In this document: positions 32,794 to 39,938 of the stretch, piece after piece
Position numbering within the stretch: position 1 is the first letter of the stretch
Layout: each line of letters opens with the position of its first letter
IMG/VR virus record: IMGVR_UViG_3300017560_000159
Span: 1-39,938 of that record
DNA length: 39,938 bases
From: a virus
Taxonomy: Duplodnaviria; Caudoviricetes
Direction: 5' to 3' (one strand)
The notes under the pieces: generated by a model
Seen by the model: only the letters and a program-made list of their open reading frames with translations
Told to the model about the DNA's origin: nothing
Database searches by the model: none
Made by a program: the position numbers and the translations under genes

Positions 32794-33280
32794 CGTTCAC
32801 CTCCTGCCCCGCGAGAAGCTCGGGCAAGCGTTGCCGCCCGCGCTGAATCATCGCTGCCTGCGCACGTGCTGACGCGGCCTCATACGCCGGCCGCAGGAAC
32901 GGATAGGCAGGCACCCACTTGGGCGTTGCAAGCTTGCGGCGCTTGTCGGTCACATAGGTTCCGTCGGCCTTCTTGATCACCGGATAGATCTGCCAGTGGC
33001 CGAACTCCACCAGGTGGCCGTGAGGCGCCTTACGCTTGTTCCAGGTGACGGCGTACTGGACTTCTTGATCTGTCGAGTACCGCTCCCGGAAGGCAAGGTA
33101 GATGGCGGCGCCCAAAACGCCGTTGTGCGTGTTCACCCGCGCCTTGGCCTCATCTCGCAGCACCTCGCCGCCAGCAACGGCCATTGAGCGCGCCAGGCTG
33201 ACCCGTGCGGGTCCCAGCAAACGATCAAGGCCCGCAAACCAGCCGGAGGTGTCAAACGTCGCCTGCAGCCCCTTAGCCAT
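32783..33280 (-). CDS. HK97 gp10-like neck/tail protein
   Basis: VLRDEAK.R, APHGHLVEFGH, PAYPFLRPAY. Confidence 0.85.
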   Translation of the reverse strand: MAKGLQATFDTSGWFAGLDRLLGPARVSLARSMAVAGGEVLRDEAKARVNTHNGVLGAAIYLAFRERYSTDQEVQYAVTWNKRKAPHGHLVEFGHWQIYPVIKKADGTYVTDKRRKLATPKWVPAYPFLRPAYEAASARAQAAMIQRGRQRLPELLAGQEVNDDP

Positions 33281-33632
33281 CGCCGCCACCCTGTTCGCAG
33301 ATCACGTCCGTCCATTCGCGGCCCGCCAGGTCCATGCGAACGTTCTTGATGTCGAATGGGTCGCCAACCGGGACGCCGTCCTCCAGCTCAAGCAAGCGCA
33401 TGCCCTGGTCAAGCCCGCGGCGAAAGCGGATCCGGAAGCTATAGGCGTTGATCGACGCCCCCACGTTCTCCTGGTTGCGCGTGATGGAACCCATCCCGGT
33501 CTGGCCGCGAGGGTCCGCCCACACGGTGGCCACTTCCACCCATGCGCCATTTGGCTGGCCCGCGTCATCCGTCCCGGTCTCGCGGCGTTCGATTCGCACG
33601 AGGCGGCGCAGACTTCCAGCAGCGATGCTCAT
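33273..33632 (-). CDS. Head closure / head-tail adaptor
   Basis: AGSLRR.V.I......D..GQP...W..VATVWA, RIRFR. Confidence 0.88.
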   Translation of the reverse strand: MSIAAGSLRRLVRIERRETGTDDAGQPNGAWVEVATVWADPRGQTGMGSITRNQENVGASINAYSFRIRFRRGLDQGMRLLELEDGVPVGDPFDIKNVRMDLAGREWTDVICEQGGGDG

Positions 33633-33961
33633 ACGCCCAACCCCACTCGGTTAGGCTGCAGCAGCGCCTGGGCGCCGACCGGCAGCGTGCGAGAGTCGGG
33701 ACCTTCCTCGCGGTTTCGGTACAGGCTTCCAGCGATCAGCAGCACCGCGGCACGGATTGCAGGGGTCACCACCATCGGATCGTCGCCCGCAGTTCCCGCC
33801 AGGGCTGCCTCAGCCAGCGCGGCAGCAGTCGGGTACACGCGGCGATTCAGATAGGCCTGCGCGTTCTCCTCCGCCGTCGATCCGTAGACCTCGAGCAGAA
33901 GATCATCCGTAGCGTCCGCGCGGCAGTGCGAGCGCAGCAGTTCGGTGGTGACCAGTTCCAT
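33629..33961 (-). CDS. Head-tail connector (HK97 gp6-like)
   Basis: HCR.D..DD.LL..Y...AE....YLNR, I..AVLL..G.LY.NRE, LL.P.R. Confidence 0.9.
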   Translation of the reverse strand: MELVTTELLRSHCRADATDDLLLEVYGSTAEENAQAYLNRRVYPTAAALAEAALAGTAGDDPMVVTPAIRAAVLLIAGSLYRNREEGPDSRTLPVGAQALLQPNRVGLGV

Positions 33962-34333
33962 TCATGCCCCCGTGGACGAGATGGCCGCTTGGATCGCCTC
34001 CAGGACCGACTTGCGCGCCTTGCCGGACTGCTCGGCAGCCAAAAGGGACGGCAGCAGGGCCGGATCAGCGATCTCGGCGAGTGCCCCGATGATCTCGGGC
34101 GCGTTCTGCGACAGCAAGGCAGTGTGATCTGCTGCCGGCCGTTCGCCCGCCCCCTTGTTCTCCGGCTGCGGGTTCATCTTGTTCTGCGGCGCCGGCGCTG
34201 CCTTGTCTCCCACCTCGGCGATCAGGCCGAGCTGAAGCAGTTCTCGCGCGCGTTCACCCGACACATCGATCGGGCGCCCGCGTCGCTGGTATTCGCTCCC
34301 GTTGAGGAAGCCTTTGCGTGCGATAAACGACAT
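33962..34333 (-). CDS. Post-capsid hypothetical structural protein
   Basis: ARELL..GL, P.NKM.P.PENK, E..GK.RKSVL.AI; RBS AGGAG. Confidence 0.7.
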   Translation of the reverse strand: MSFIARKGFLNGSEYQRRGRPIDVSGERARELLQLGLIAEVGDKAAPAPQNKMNPQPENKGAGERPAADHTALLSQNAPEIIGALAEIADPALLPSLLAAEQSGKARKSVLEAIQAAISSTGA

Positions 34334-34393
34334 GACTTGCTCCTGTTGAGCGGGCCGCGGCTGGGCCCGGCCCGCTCATCTGCTGGCGCCGCC

Positions 34394-35656
34394 TTACGGC
34401 GTGGTGTCGGCGAACTCGCCGTGGACGAACGACTCGGGGCGGTAGACCGCCATCGCCAGGCGTTCCTCGGCGCGGATCGTCACCATGTTCTTGCGGAAGT
34501 TGTCGCTGTCTTCCGTCGAAACTTCCACGGCGGCGTCTTCACGGTCGAACACCTGGGCGGCGATGTTGAAGGCGCCAACCAGGAATTCGCCTTCGGGCAC
34601 GGCAGTCGTGTCCACAACCGGCAGCTTCCAGAGGCGCGGCACGCCACCTTCCACCACGTTGACCCAGATGTAACGGCCTTGCTCGTCCTTCTGGAGTTCG
34701 ATGTCAGCCCAGTCCACGGGGTTGAGCACGATGCCGCTGGCGCGGTATTCGGCGATGCGGACCTGCAGAATCGCCCGGCGCAGCAGGTCGATCTTGGTGT
34801 CGCCGGCCTGGCGCAGCGATTCGTTGAACGGCGTCGCCTGCGGGATCAGGCCCAGGAGGTTCTGACCGGTGCCGTCGCCGGCAAGGATCTGGTTTTCCTC
34901 GACGTACTTCAGGCCGAAGATCGCGCGACCGTTGATGTAGCTCTGCAGCAGCGGGATATCGGCCAGAACCTGCTTGGAAGCCAGGAACCAATGAGCGATC
35001 GTCTTGACCGTCGTGGTCTTCAGCTCGAAGGACAGGTCCGATTGCGGCTTGAGCGCCGTTTCGGCCACCGGAGCCGCCATGTTCTGGAAGCCCGATTCCT
35101 GCACGAACTCGACCGAGTTCGAACCGGTACGGCCCGGCATGATCAGGTCACGGATGGTGAAGGGGCGATCCGGGCCCGAGATGATGCCAGGCACGCGCGT
35201 CGGCTGAATCGCGGCGCCCACGCCACCAGTGCCCGTGGTCGAGCTGGTGATGCTGGTGACCGCCTTGACGTTCATGCGAGCGATGCCGCGGCCCTTCGCG
35301 GCCAAGCCGGTGAAGTCGTCGGATTCGGTGAACTGCTCGCCGATGGACTTTTCGGCCTGGTCGTCATTGGCGGCGCCACGGCGGGCCATCTTCTGCTCGA
35401 GCTCGACCAAACGCTCGTTCAGAGCGATACCGCCCTTGGAAAGCGTCTCCAGGATGCCCTGGGTGTCCGACAGAATCTTGCCGTGTTCCTTGATCTCGGA
35501 CGAGGCCTTTTCGGCGAAGATCTTGATCTCTTCGTCGCGCTCGTTCAGCGCCTTGACCAGCGCCTTGATTTCCAGGGTGTCATCCAGACGCCCCGCGTTG
35601 TCGGCGGACTTGCGGCCGAATTCGTGCTTGTGTGCCAGATTGGTATAGCGGCCCAT
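34394..35656 (-). CDS. Major capsid protein (HK97 fold)
   Basis: Coiled-coil delta domain; IRDL, E...KP.S.L.F, VKTIAHW, EENQIL.GDGTG.NL.G, F.KNMVTIRAEERL. Confidence 0.96.
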   Translation of the reverse strand: MGRYTNLAHKHEFGRKSADNAGRLDDTLEIKALVKALNERDEEIKIFAEKASSEIKEHGKILSDTQGILETLSKGGIALNERLVELEQKMARRGAANDDQAEKSIGEQFTESDDFTGLAAKGRGIARMNVKAVTSITSSTTGTGGVGAAIQPTRVPGIISGPDRPFTIRDLIMPGRTGSNSVEFVQESGFQNMAAPVAETALKPQSDLSFELKTTTVKTIAHWFLASKQVLADIPLLQSYINGRAIFGLKYVEENQILAGDGTGQNLLGLIPQATPFNESLRQAGDTKIDLLRRAILQVRIAEYRASGIVLNPVDWADIELQKDEQGRYIWVNVVEGGVPRLWKLPVVDTTAVPEGEFLVGAFNIAAQVFDREDAAVEVSTEDSDNFRKNMVTIRAEERLAMAVYRPESFVHGEFADTTP

Positions 35657-35666
35657 TTGTGTACCT

Positions 35667-36362
35667 TTAAAAAGTCGGGAGTTGGAGCCGGCCGATCTGC
35701 TTGATCAGTCCAGCGGTTTCTTCTTTCGCCTCGCCCCCGGACTCGCTCCGGTCAAGCAGGTGTTTCAGTCCACGGTTGGCGATCACCGCGGCCTGAGATT
35801 TCGAGAAGCCTGCCTCGCGCAGGAACCGCTCAAAATCGGGAAGGTCCGGCATTCCCCCGTGGGCGATCCGGGCCTTGATTGCGTCAACGCGTGCCTCCTC
35901 GTTCGCCGGCGCCGTCACGATGGAGATTTCCACCAGGTCCAGGCGCTTGAGCGTGCGGATGCGCGCCTTTTCGTCGTAGCTGTCCTCGCGCACGTAGTAG
36001 CCAATGGAAAGGCCCGTGATCGCGCGCGTCTTCATGCCGCGATATGCGGTCTTGGCGTAGGTGGCGTCATCGAGCCAAAGCTGGCCGGTGCCGTGCAGCC
36101 CGTGAGCGTCTTCCTTCAACTGGTCGATGTCCCAGTTGCCGATGGGTTCACCGCTGCGGTGCTGCCATAGCACCGGAAACGTCCGCCCCTTCGCCCGCGT
36201 CTGCTCGATGCTGTCCGTGAACGCCCCCGGGGCGACGACCTCGTTGTATGAATCGACGACGCCAAAGACCGAGCCGTAGCCAGAAAAAAGGCCGTCATCC
36301 TGAACGGCCTTTACGTCGTAATCGAACGAGCGGATGTGCATCGCTGCGTCTTTGCGCTTCAT
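35667..36362 (-). CDS. HK97-family prohead protease
   Basis: FSGYGSVFGVVDSY, LWQH, GLSIGY, L.EISIVT.PAN..A. Confidence 0.95.
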   Translation of the reverse strand: MKRKDAAMHIRSFDYDVKAVQDDGLFSGYGSVFGVVDSYNEVVAPGAFTDSIEQTRAKGRTFPVLWQHRSGEPIGNWDIDQLKEDAHGLHGTGQLWLDDATYAKTAYRGMKTRAITGLSIGYYVREDSYDEKARIRTLKRLDLVEISIVTAPANEEARVDAIKARIAHGGMPDLPDFERFLREAGFSKSQAAVIANRGLKHLLDRSESGGEAKEETAGLIKQIGRLQLPTF

Positions 36363-37702
36363 GTCTTGTCCTCAAATGTCGGAAGGCCCAGCCAGGCGGA
36401 GAACGCGGACTTGGCTTGCTCCGCGCCGGCGGTCTCGCCGAGCTTGTCGATCGGCAGCAGGTTGGATTGCACAGTCAACACGTCGGCATTGCCGCCGCGC
36501 GCCGGCAGGTTCTCCTTGAGCCGGCAGTCATCGCGCGTGTAGATGCCGTTCTGCGTCATCACGGAATAGAACGCCGCGCGCGCCGCACTGTCGGCCCGCA
36601 GCAGTCCTTCGACGTTGAACTTGGCGAAGTACTGCGGCCGTTCTGCCGGCGCCAGCAGGGACTTGCGTATGGACTGCTCGATGCGCGTCAGCCAAGGCCG
36701 GAGCGAGAACGACAGGAACGCGATCATCTGTTGTTCGATCCCCGTTCCCCAGCTACTGGATTTCTCAGTGTGCCCCACCATCCAGGGCGGCACGCGGAAC
36801 CAGCGGCAGATCTCCTCGACGTTGAACGCGCGGGTAGCGAGCAGTTGCGCATCCTCGGGGTTCATGGGCACCTGCTGGTACTTCATGCCGGCCTCGAGCA
36901 CCATCGTTTTGCCCGAATTCATCGCGCCGGCGAACTTGGCCGATAGGCTGTCGCCCAGCTCCGTGCGCTGGGCCGGACTCAGGATCTTGTCCGTGGAAAG
37001 GACGCCGCCTACATTCAGCCCATTGGCGAAGATCTTGGCGCTTGCCTCATCAGCCGCCAGGGACGCCCCGATCACGTTGGCGCCGTACCGGATCGTGGAC
37101 ATGCCCAGAAGGCCGTCCAGGCTGAAGGCGGCGATATGCCACATTCGATCCTCGGGAATCACCCGGTGCGTGCCGTCTATGTCGTTGTAGCGGTACTCGA
37201 TCGATCCGTCGGTCAGCCGGCGCACCTGCATCCGCCACGGATAGAGCAGATCTATCGCGACGATCCGCCCCTTGCTCATTCGCTTCTCGGCGAACGAGTT
37301 TCCCCACAGCAGTAGGCACGCAACCAGCACTTCCCAGAACTGCACCGATGTCATGTCGGCATTGGGCTGGTGGCGCAGTAGCGCGTATAGCTCCAGGTCC
37401 GTCGCCTCGACCGCCTCGCGTCCTTGCCTGCGATAGAGGTCAAACGGCAGCGTGGCGATCGTCTCGGCCAACAGCCGGACGCAGCTCCATACGGCCGAGA
37501 GCGTCAGCGCGGACTGAGCGGTCACCGCCTTGCCGCTGGCCGAAGCGCCACCGGCCCATGCAGCCCAGAATGCGGTGTCCGCCAGGCCCAACTTGCGCCC
37601 GATCCAGTCGCTTACGCTCGATTTCACGCCGTCCGGAGCTGCCGACCTGACAGCGGGGGCAAAGCTGCGGGCCAGAACCTTCGAAAACGACCTATTGGCC
37701 AT
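36359..37702 (-). CDS. HK97-family portal protein
   Basis: AVWSCVRLLAETIATLP, PN..MT..FW, LLWGN, EEICRWFRVPP.MVG. Confidence 0.96.
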   Translation of the reverse strand: MANRSFSKVLARSFAPAVRSAAPDGVKSSVSDWIGRKLGLADTAFWAAWAGGASASGKAVTAQSALTLSAVWSCVRLLAETIATLPFDLYRRQGREAVEATDLELYALLRHQPNADMTSVQFWEVLVACLLLWGNSFAEKRMSKGRIVAIDLLYPWRMQVRRLTDGSIEYRYNDIDGTHRVIPEDRMWHIAAFSLDGLLGMSTIRYGANVIGASLAADEASAKIFANGLNVGGVLSTDKILSPAQRTELGDSLSAKFAGAMNSGKTMVLEAGMKYQQVPMNPEDAQLLATRAFNVEEICRWFRVPPWMVGHTEKSSSWGTGIEQQMIAFLSFSLRPWLTRIEQSIRKSLLAPAERPQYFAKFNVEGLLRADSAARAAFYSVMTQNGIYTRDDCRLKENLPARGGNADVLTVQSNLLPIDKLGETAGAEQAKSAFSAWLGLPTFEDKT

Positions 37703-37868
37703 GCGTCACCCCCCGGATGCCGCGAAGCAAGTAGATGGCGACCACGAAGGCCACAGTTGCGCCGCTGATCAGGCACCAACCAGGCCCTGCCAGCAGGTAG
37801 ACGCCGCCGGCGAGCATGGCAACGCCTGCCAGGAGCAAGAGCACCAGCAGAATGATTGCTGCCTTCAT
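37692..37868 (-). CDS. Small two-TM membrane protein
   Basis: MKAAIILLVLLLLAG...GPGWCLI...; between terL and portal. Confidence 0.7.
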   Translation of the reverse strand: MKAAIILLVLLLLAGVAMLAGGVYLLAGPGWCLISGATVAFVVAIYLLRGIRGVTHGQ

Positions 37869-37872
37869 AGAT

Positions 37873-39570
37873 TTATCCGATAACGATAGGGTTGGCGAAG
37901 AACCCGTCCAGGCTCTGAAGCCCCCGCGGCTCAGGGTTGAGCGACAGGAGGAAAACGGCGTCAAAGAGCGCCATGAGCGGGTCGATTTTTGCGCTGCCGG
38001 ACACCTGCTTATTGATGGCCAGCGCGTTGCCCTGCTGGACGGTCTTCGCATTGCCGACGCACCAGGCCATGAGCGGGCGCCCCCCGTGCAGCATCTCTTG
38101 GCCGGCGACCTTGCGCTCGGTCGTCTTGATTGCACCGTTCAGGCGCCAGCCCTGCGAAATGGCGGTGATCTCCTCAAGCGTGAAATCGCGGCCGGGGCTG
38201 GTCAGTTCATCAACGATGTCGCCGATACCCGAGCCGTCCACGCCGATGCACAGCTTTTCGGGCAGAAGACCGCGATCGCGCACGCGGCAAACGATGTCGG
38301 CCACCTCGGCAACATCGTCACCGGGGCGCTCAACGATCCGCAGGTCGCCCTGCTTCTCGAAGTCCTGCAGCGCGGGCGCGATTTCTGCCCTGCGCTCGAG
38401 CACGATCTTGTGCGCCCACGCACGCCCCCAGTGCAGCCAGCGCCGAGTACCGACCTCTCGGCCAAGCAGGGCGAAGCCCAGCAAATCGTCCAGGCCGCCG
38501 CCGTCAATGCCAACGACAACCACCTCGCAGCGGTCCAGAAAGGCATCCAACGCGGCCAGGCCGGGGTCGCCTTGCGCCACCCAGAAGTCGGCGCCGGCCC
38601 AGCGGTTCGAACGCAAGTTCATGCCGATCTGCACGTTCAGATGCTTGGCGAGAAACTTTTGGCTGGAGCCGTCGGTCTTCGTCAGGTGCTTCTTGAGCTC
38701 GTCCGACAACCATTCCGCGCTGACCGAGCGGCCAAGGTTCGGGTTGGTGATGTAGAAGTTCTCGGGCAGTAGGTAGGCTTTCGCCTCAACCATTTCATCC
38801 GGGAACTCGTACAGAATCCCCAGGGTCTTCCGATCCTCCACCTTGCCGTCGCGCACGTCGCGCCAGTAGTCGAGCTTTTCCTTAAACACGCCGGCCGGGG
38901 GATCGTCGCTCTGCGTGGTCAAGTAGATGACCCATCCCTCATCGCGGGACACCTGGCCGCCCAAAGCCTCCATGAACATCGCCGCGGCATTTGCACGCTT
39001 GCCGAAGAGCCACAGCTCGTCCACCAGGACACGGCCGGACTTCTTGCCCGACACCGTGTCAGTGTCAGCGGCCACAACCTTTAGGCTGTTGCGCGTCACC
39101 CGGTGGGTGATGGTGCGGATGTGATCCTGGATGTGAAACATGTCCGACAGATCCTCGTCTGCACGAATCATGCTGGCGGCCGGCTTGAAGCTGTTATCGG
39201 CCACCTCTTTCGTCGGCGCCAGGATCAAGTGTTCCTCTTCCTCGCGCCAGCACATCACCAGGGCCGTGAGCATGATCCCGGCCGCGATAGTGGACTTCGT
39301 GTTTTTCTTACTGATCAGCAAGCCATACTCGCGAATCAACTGCTTTCCAGTCTCCGCCTCGTAGCCCCCGAAGATGGCGCGCACGAAATCGAAAACCCAC
39401 TCTTCAGAGCATTCACCGAACGTCGGCTTTCCCGGGAGGTCCACCACCCGAAGCTGCTTGAAGATGTTCAGCGCGAAAGCGGCTTGGTCTTCGAAGATCG
39501 GCGCGGGAATGATTGACCGGCGCTCGCGCAGGCGGTCCGCCCAGTCTGGGCACGCGGTTGTCCATTCCAT
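37873..39570 (-). CDS. Terminase large subunit
   Basis: LISKKNTKST (Walker A-like), VLVDELW (Walker B), LTTQS, GIDGGGLDDL, KIDPLMA. Confidence 0.96.
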   Translation of the reverse strand: MEWTTACPDWADRLRERRSIIPAPIFEDQAAFALNIFKQLRVVDLPGKPTFGECSEEWVFDFVRAIFGGYEAETGKQLIREYGLLISKKNTKSTIAAGIMLTALVMCWREEEEHLILAPTKEVADNSFKPAASMIRADEDLSDMFHIQDHIRTITHRVTRNSLKVVAADTDTVSGKKSGRVLVDELWLFGKRANAAAMFMEALGGQVSRDEGWVIYLTTQSDDPPAGVFKEKLDYWRDVRDGKVEDRKTLGILYEFPDEMVEAKAYLLPENFYITNPNLGRSVSAEWLSDELKKHLTKTDGSSQKFLAKHLNVQIGMNLRSNRWAGADFWVAQGDPGLAALDAFLDRCEVVVVGIDGGGLDDLLGFALLGREVGTRRWLHWGRAWAHKIVLERRAEIAPALQDFEKQGDLRIVERPGDDVAEVADIVCRVRDRGLLPEKLCIGVDGSGIGDIVDELTSPGRDFTLEEITAISQGWRLNGAIKTTERKVAGQEMLHGGRPLMAWCVGNAKTVQQGNALAINKQVSGSAKIDPLMALFDAVFLLSLNPEPRGLQSLDGFFANPIVIG

Positions 39571-39573
39571 GAA

Positions 39574-39891
39574 TTAGCTTCCGACGACGCGCAGCTTTGT
39601 GGGAGGCTGTGGGGCCGAGAATCGCTCGGAAACCCGCTTTGCAGCCTCTTTCTCTGCGTCCTTCTTGCCGCCCTCGCCCTTCTTGGCATGCGTGTATTGC
39701 ACCGCGGCGATGGCGGCACGCACCTGCAGGGAGGTGGCCTCTAACTGCCCGAGCGCCACTTTCTGCAGAAGGTCCAGCATGTCGTCTGCCTGAAGCAGCG
39801 GCGGCGGGTCCTTCGGTGTGTCATCTACTTTTTTGCGTGGGCGGCCGGCGCCCGAACGAGCGCCACCGCTGCGTCCTTTGACTCCAGCCAT
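39574..39891 (-). CDS. Terminase small subunit
   Basis: MAGVKGRSGGARSGAGRP, R..AA..A.QY.H.K.GEGGKK; directly upstream of terL. Confidence 0.88.
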   Translation of the reverse strand: MAGVKGRSGGARSGAGRPRKKVDDTPKDPPPLLQADDMLDLLQKVALGQLEATSLQVRAAIAAVQYTHAKKGEGGKKDAEKEAAKRVSERFSAPQPPTKLRVVGS

Positions 39892-39938
39892 TTGAATTCC
39901 AATTTGAAAAGGGGAAATTTTCTGCGCGTGAGGGAACA
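39892..39938. other. Right end: cos-proximal leader of terS
   Basis: Minus strand begins TGTTCCCTCACGCGCAGAAAATTT, 47 nt before the terS ATG. Confidence 0.55.

Noticed and set aside
33542-35704. 720-aa plus-strand ORF, and similar long antisense ORFs such as 6417..7862 and 23800..24816
   Set aside because: Shadow ORFs opposite well-supported genes, expected from high-GC codon bias.

Overview
The window looks like an essentially complete ~40-kb temperate lambdoid/HK97-like siphophage genome in excised form, read in reverse. The GC-rich sequence and gene style suggest a betaproteobacterial host, possibly Achromobacter/Bordetella-like (inference). The ends fall in the cos region between the HNH and small terminase genes, and an intact attP (3' half of tRNA-Pro(UGG) plus arm repeats) lies between alpA/xis and the integrase. 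Minus strand: terminase, portal, protease, capsid, neck, tail, tail fibre and lysis genes (39891-18021), then cro, a ParB-like gene, SF2 helicase, TOPRIM primase, a nuclease and a Q-like gene (9178-3427). Plus strand: cI, the pL early operon, int and morons. The most unusual part is the RNA array just downstream of the late promoter/terminator: a 119-nt tRNA-like RNA, an atypical tRNA-Gly(UCC), a perfect-consensus type I hammerhead ribozyme 2 nt after the Gly CCA, a further pseudoknotted RNA and tRNA-Ser(GCU). Also notable are an IncP-type KorC repressor with its operator upstream of radC, an orphan receiver domain and an orphan OmpR-type winged-helix in separate morons, a HExxH metalloprotease in the early operon, and a second candidate structured RNA after the primase. 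All calls come from reading the sequence; no searches were run.
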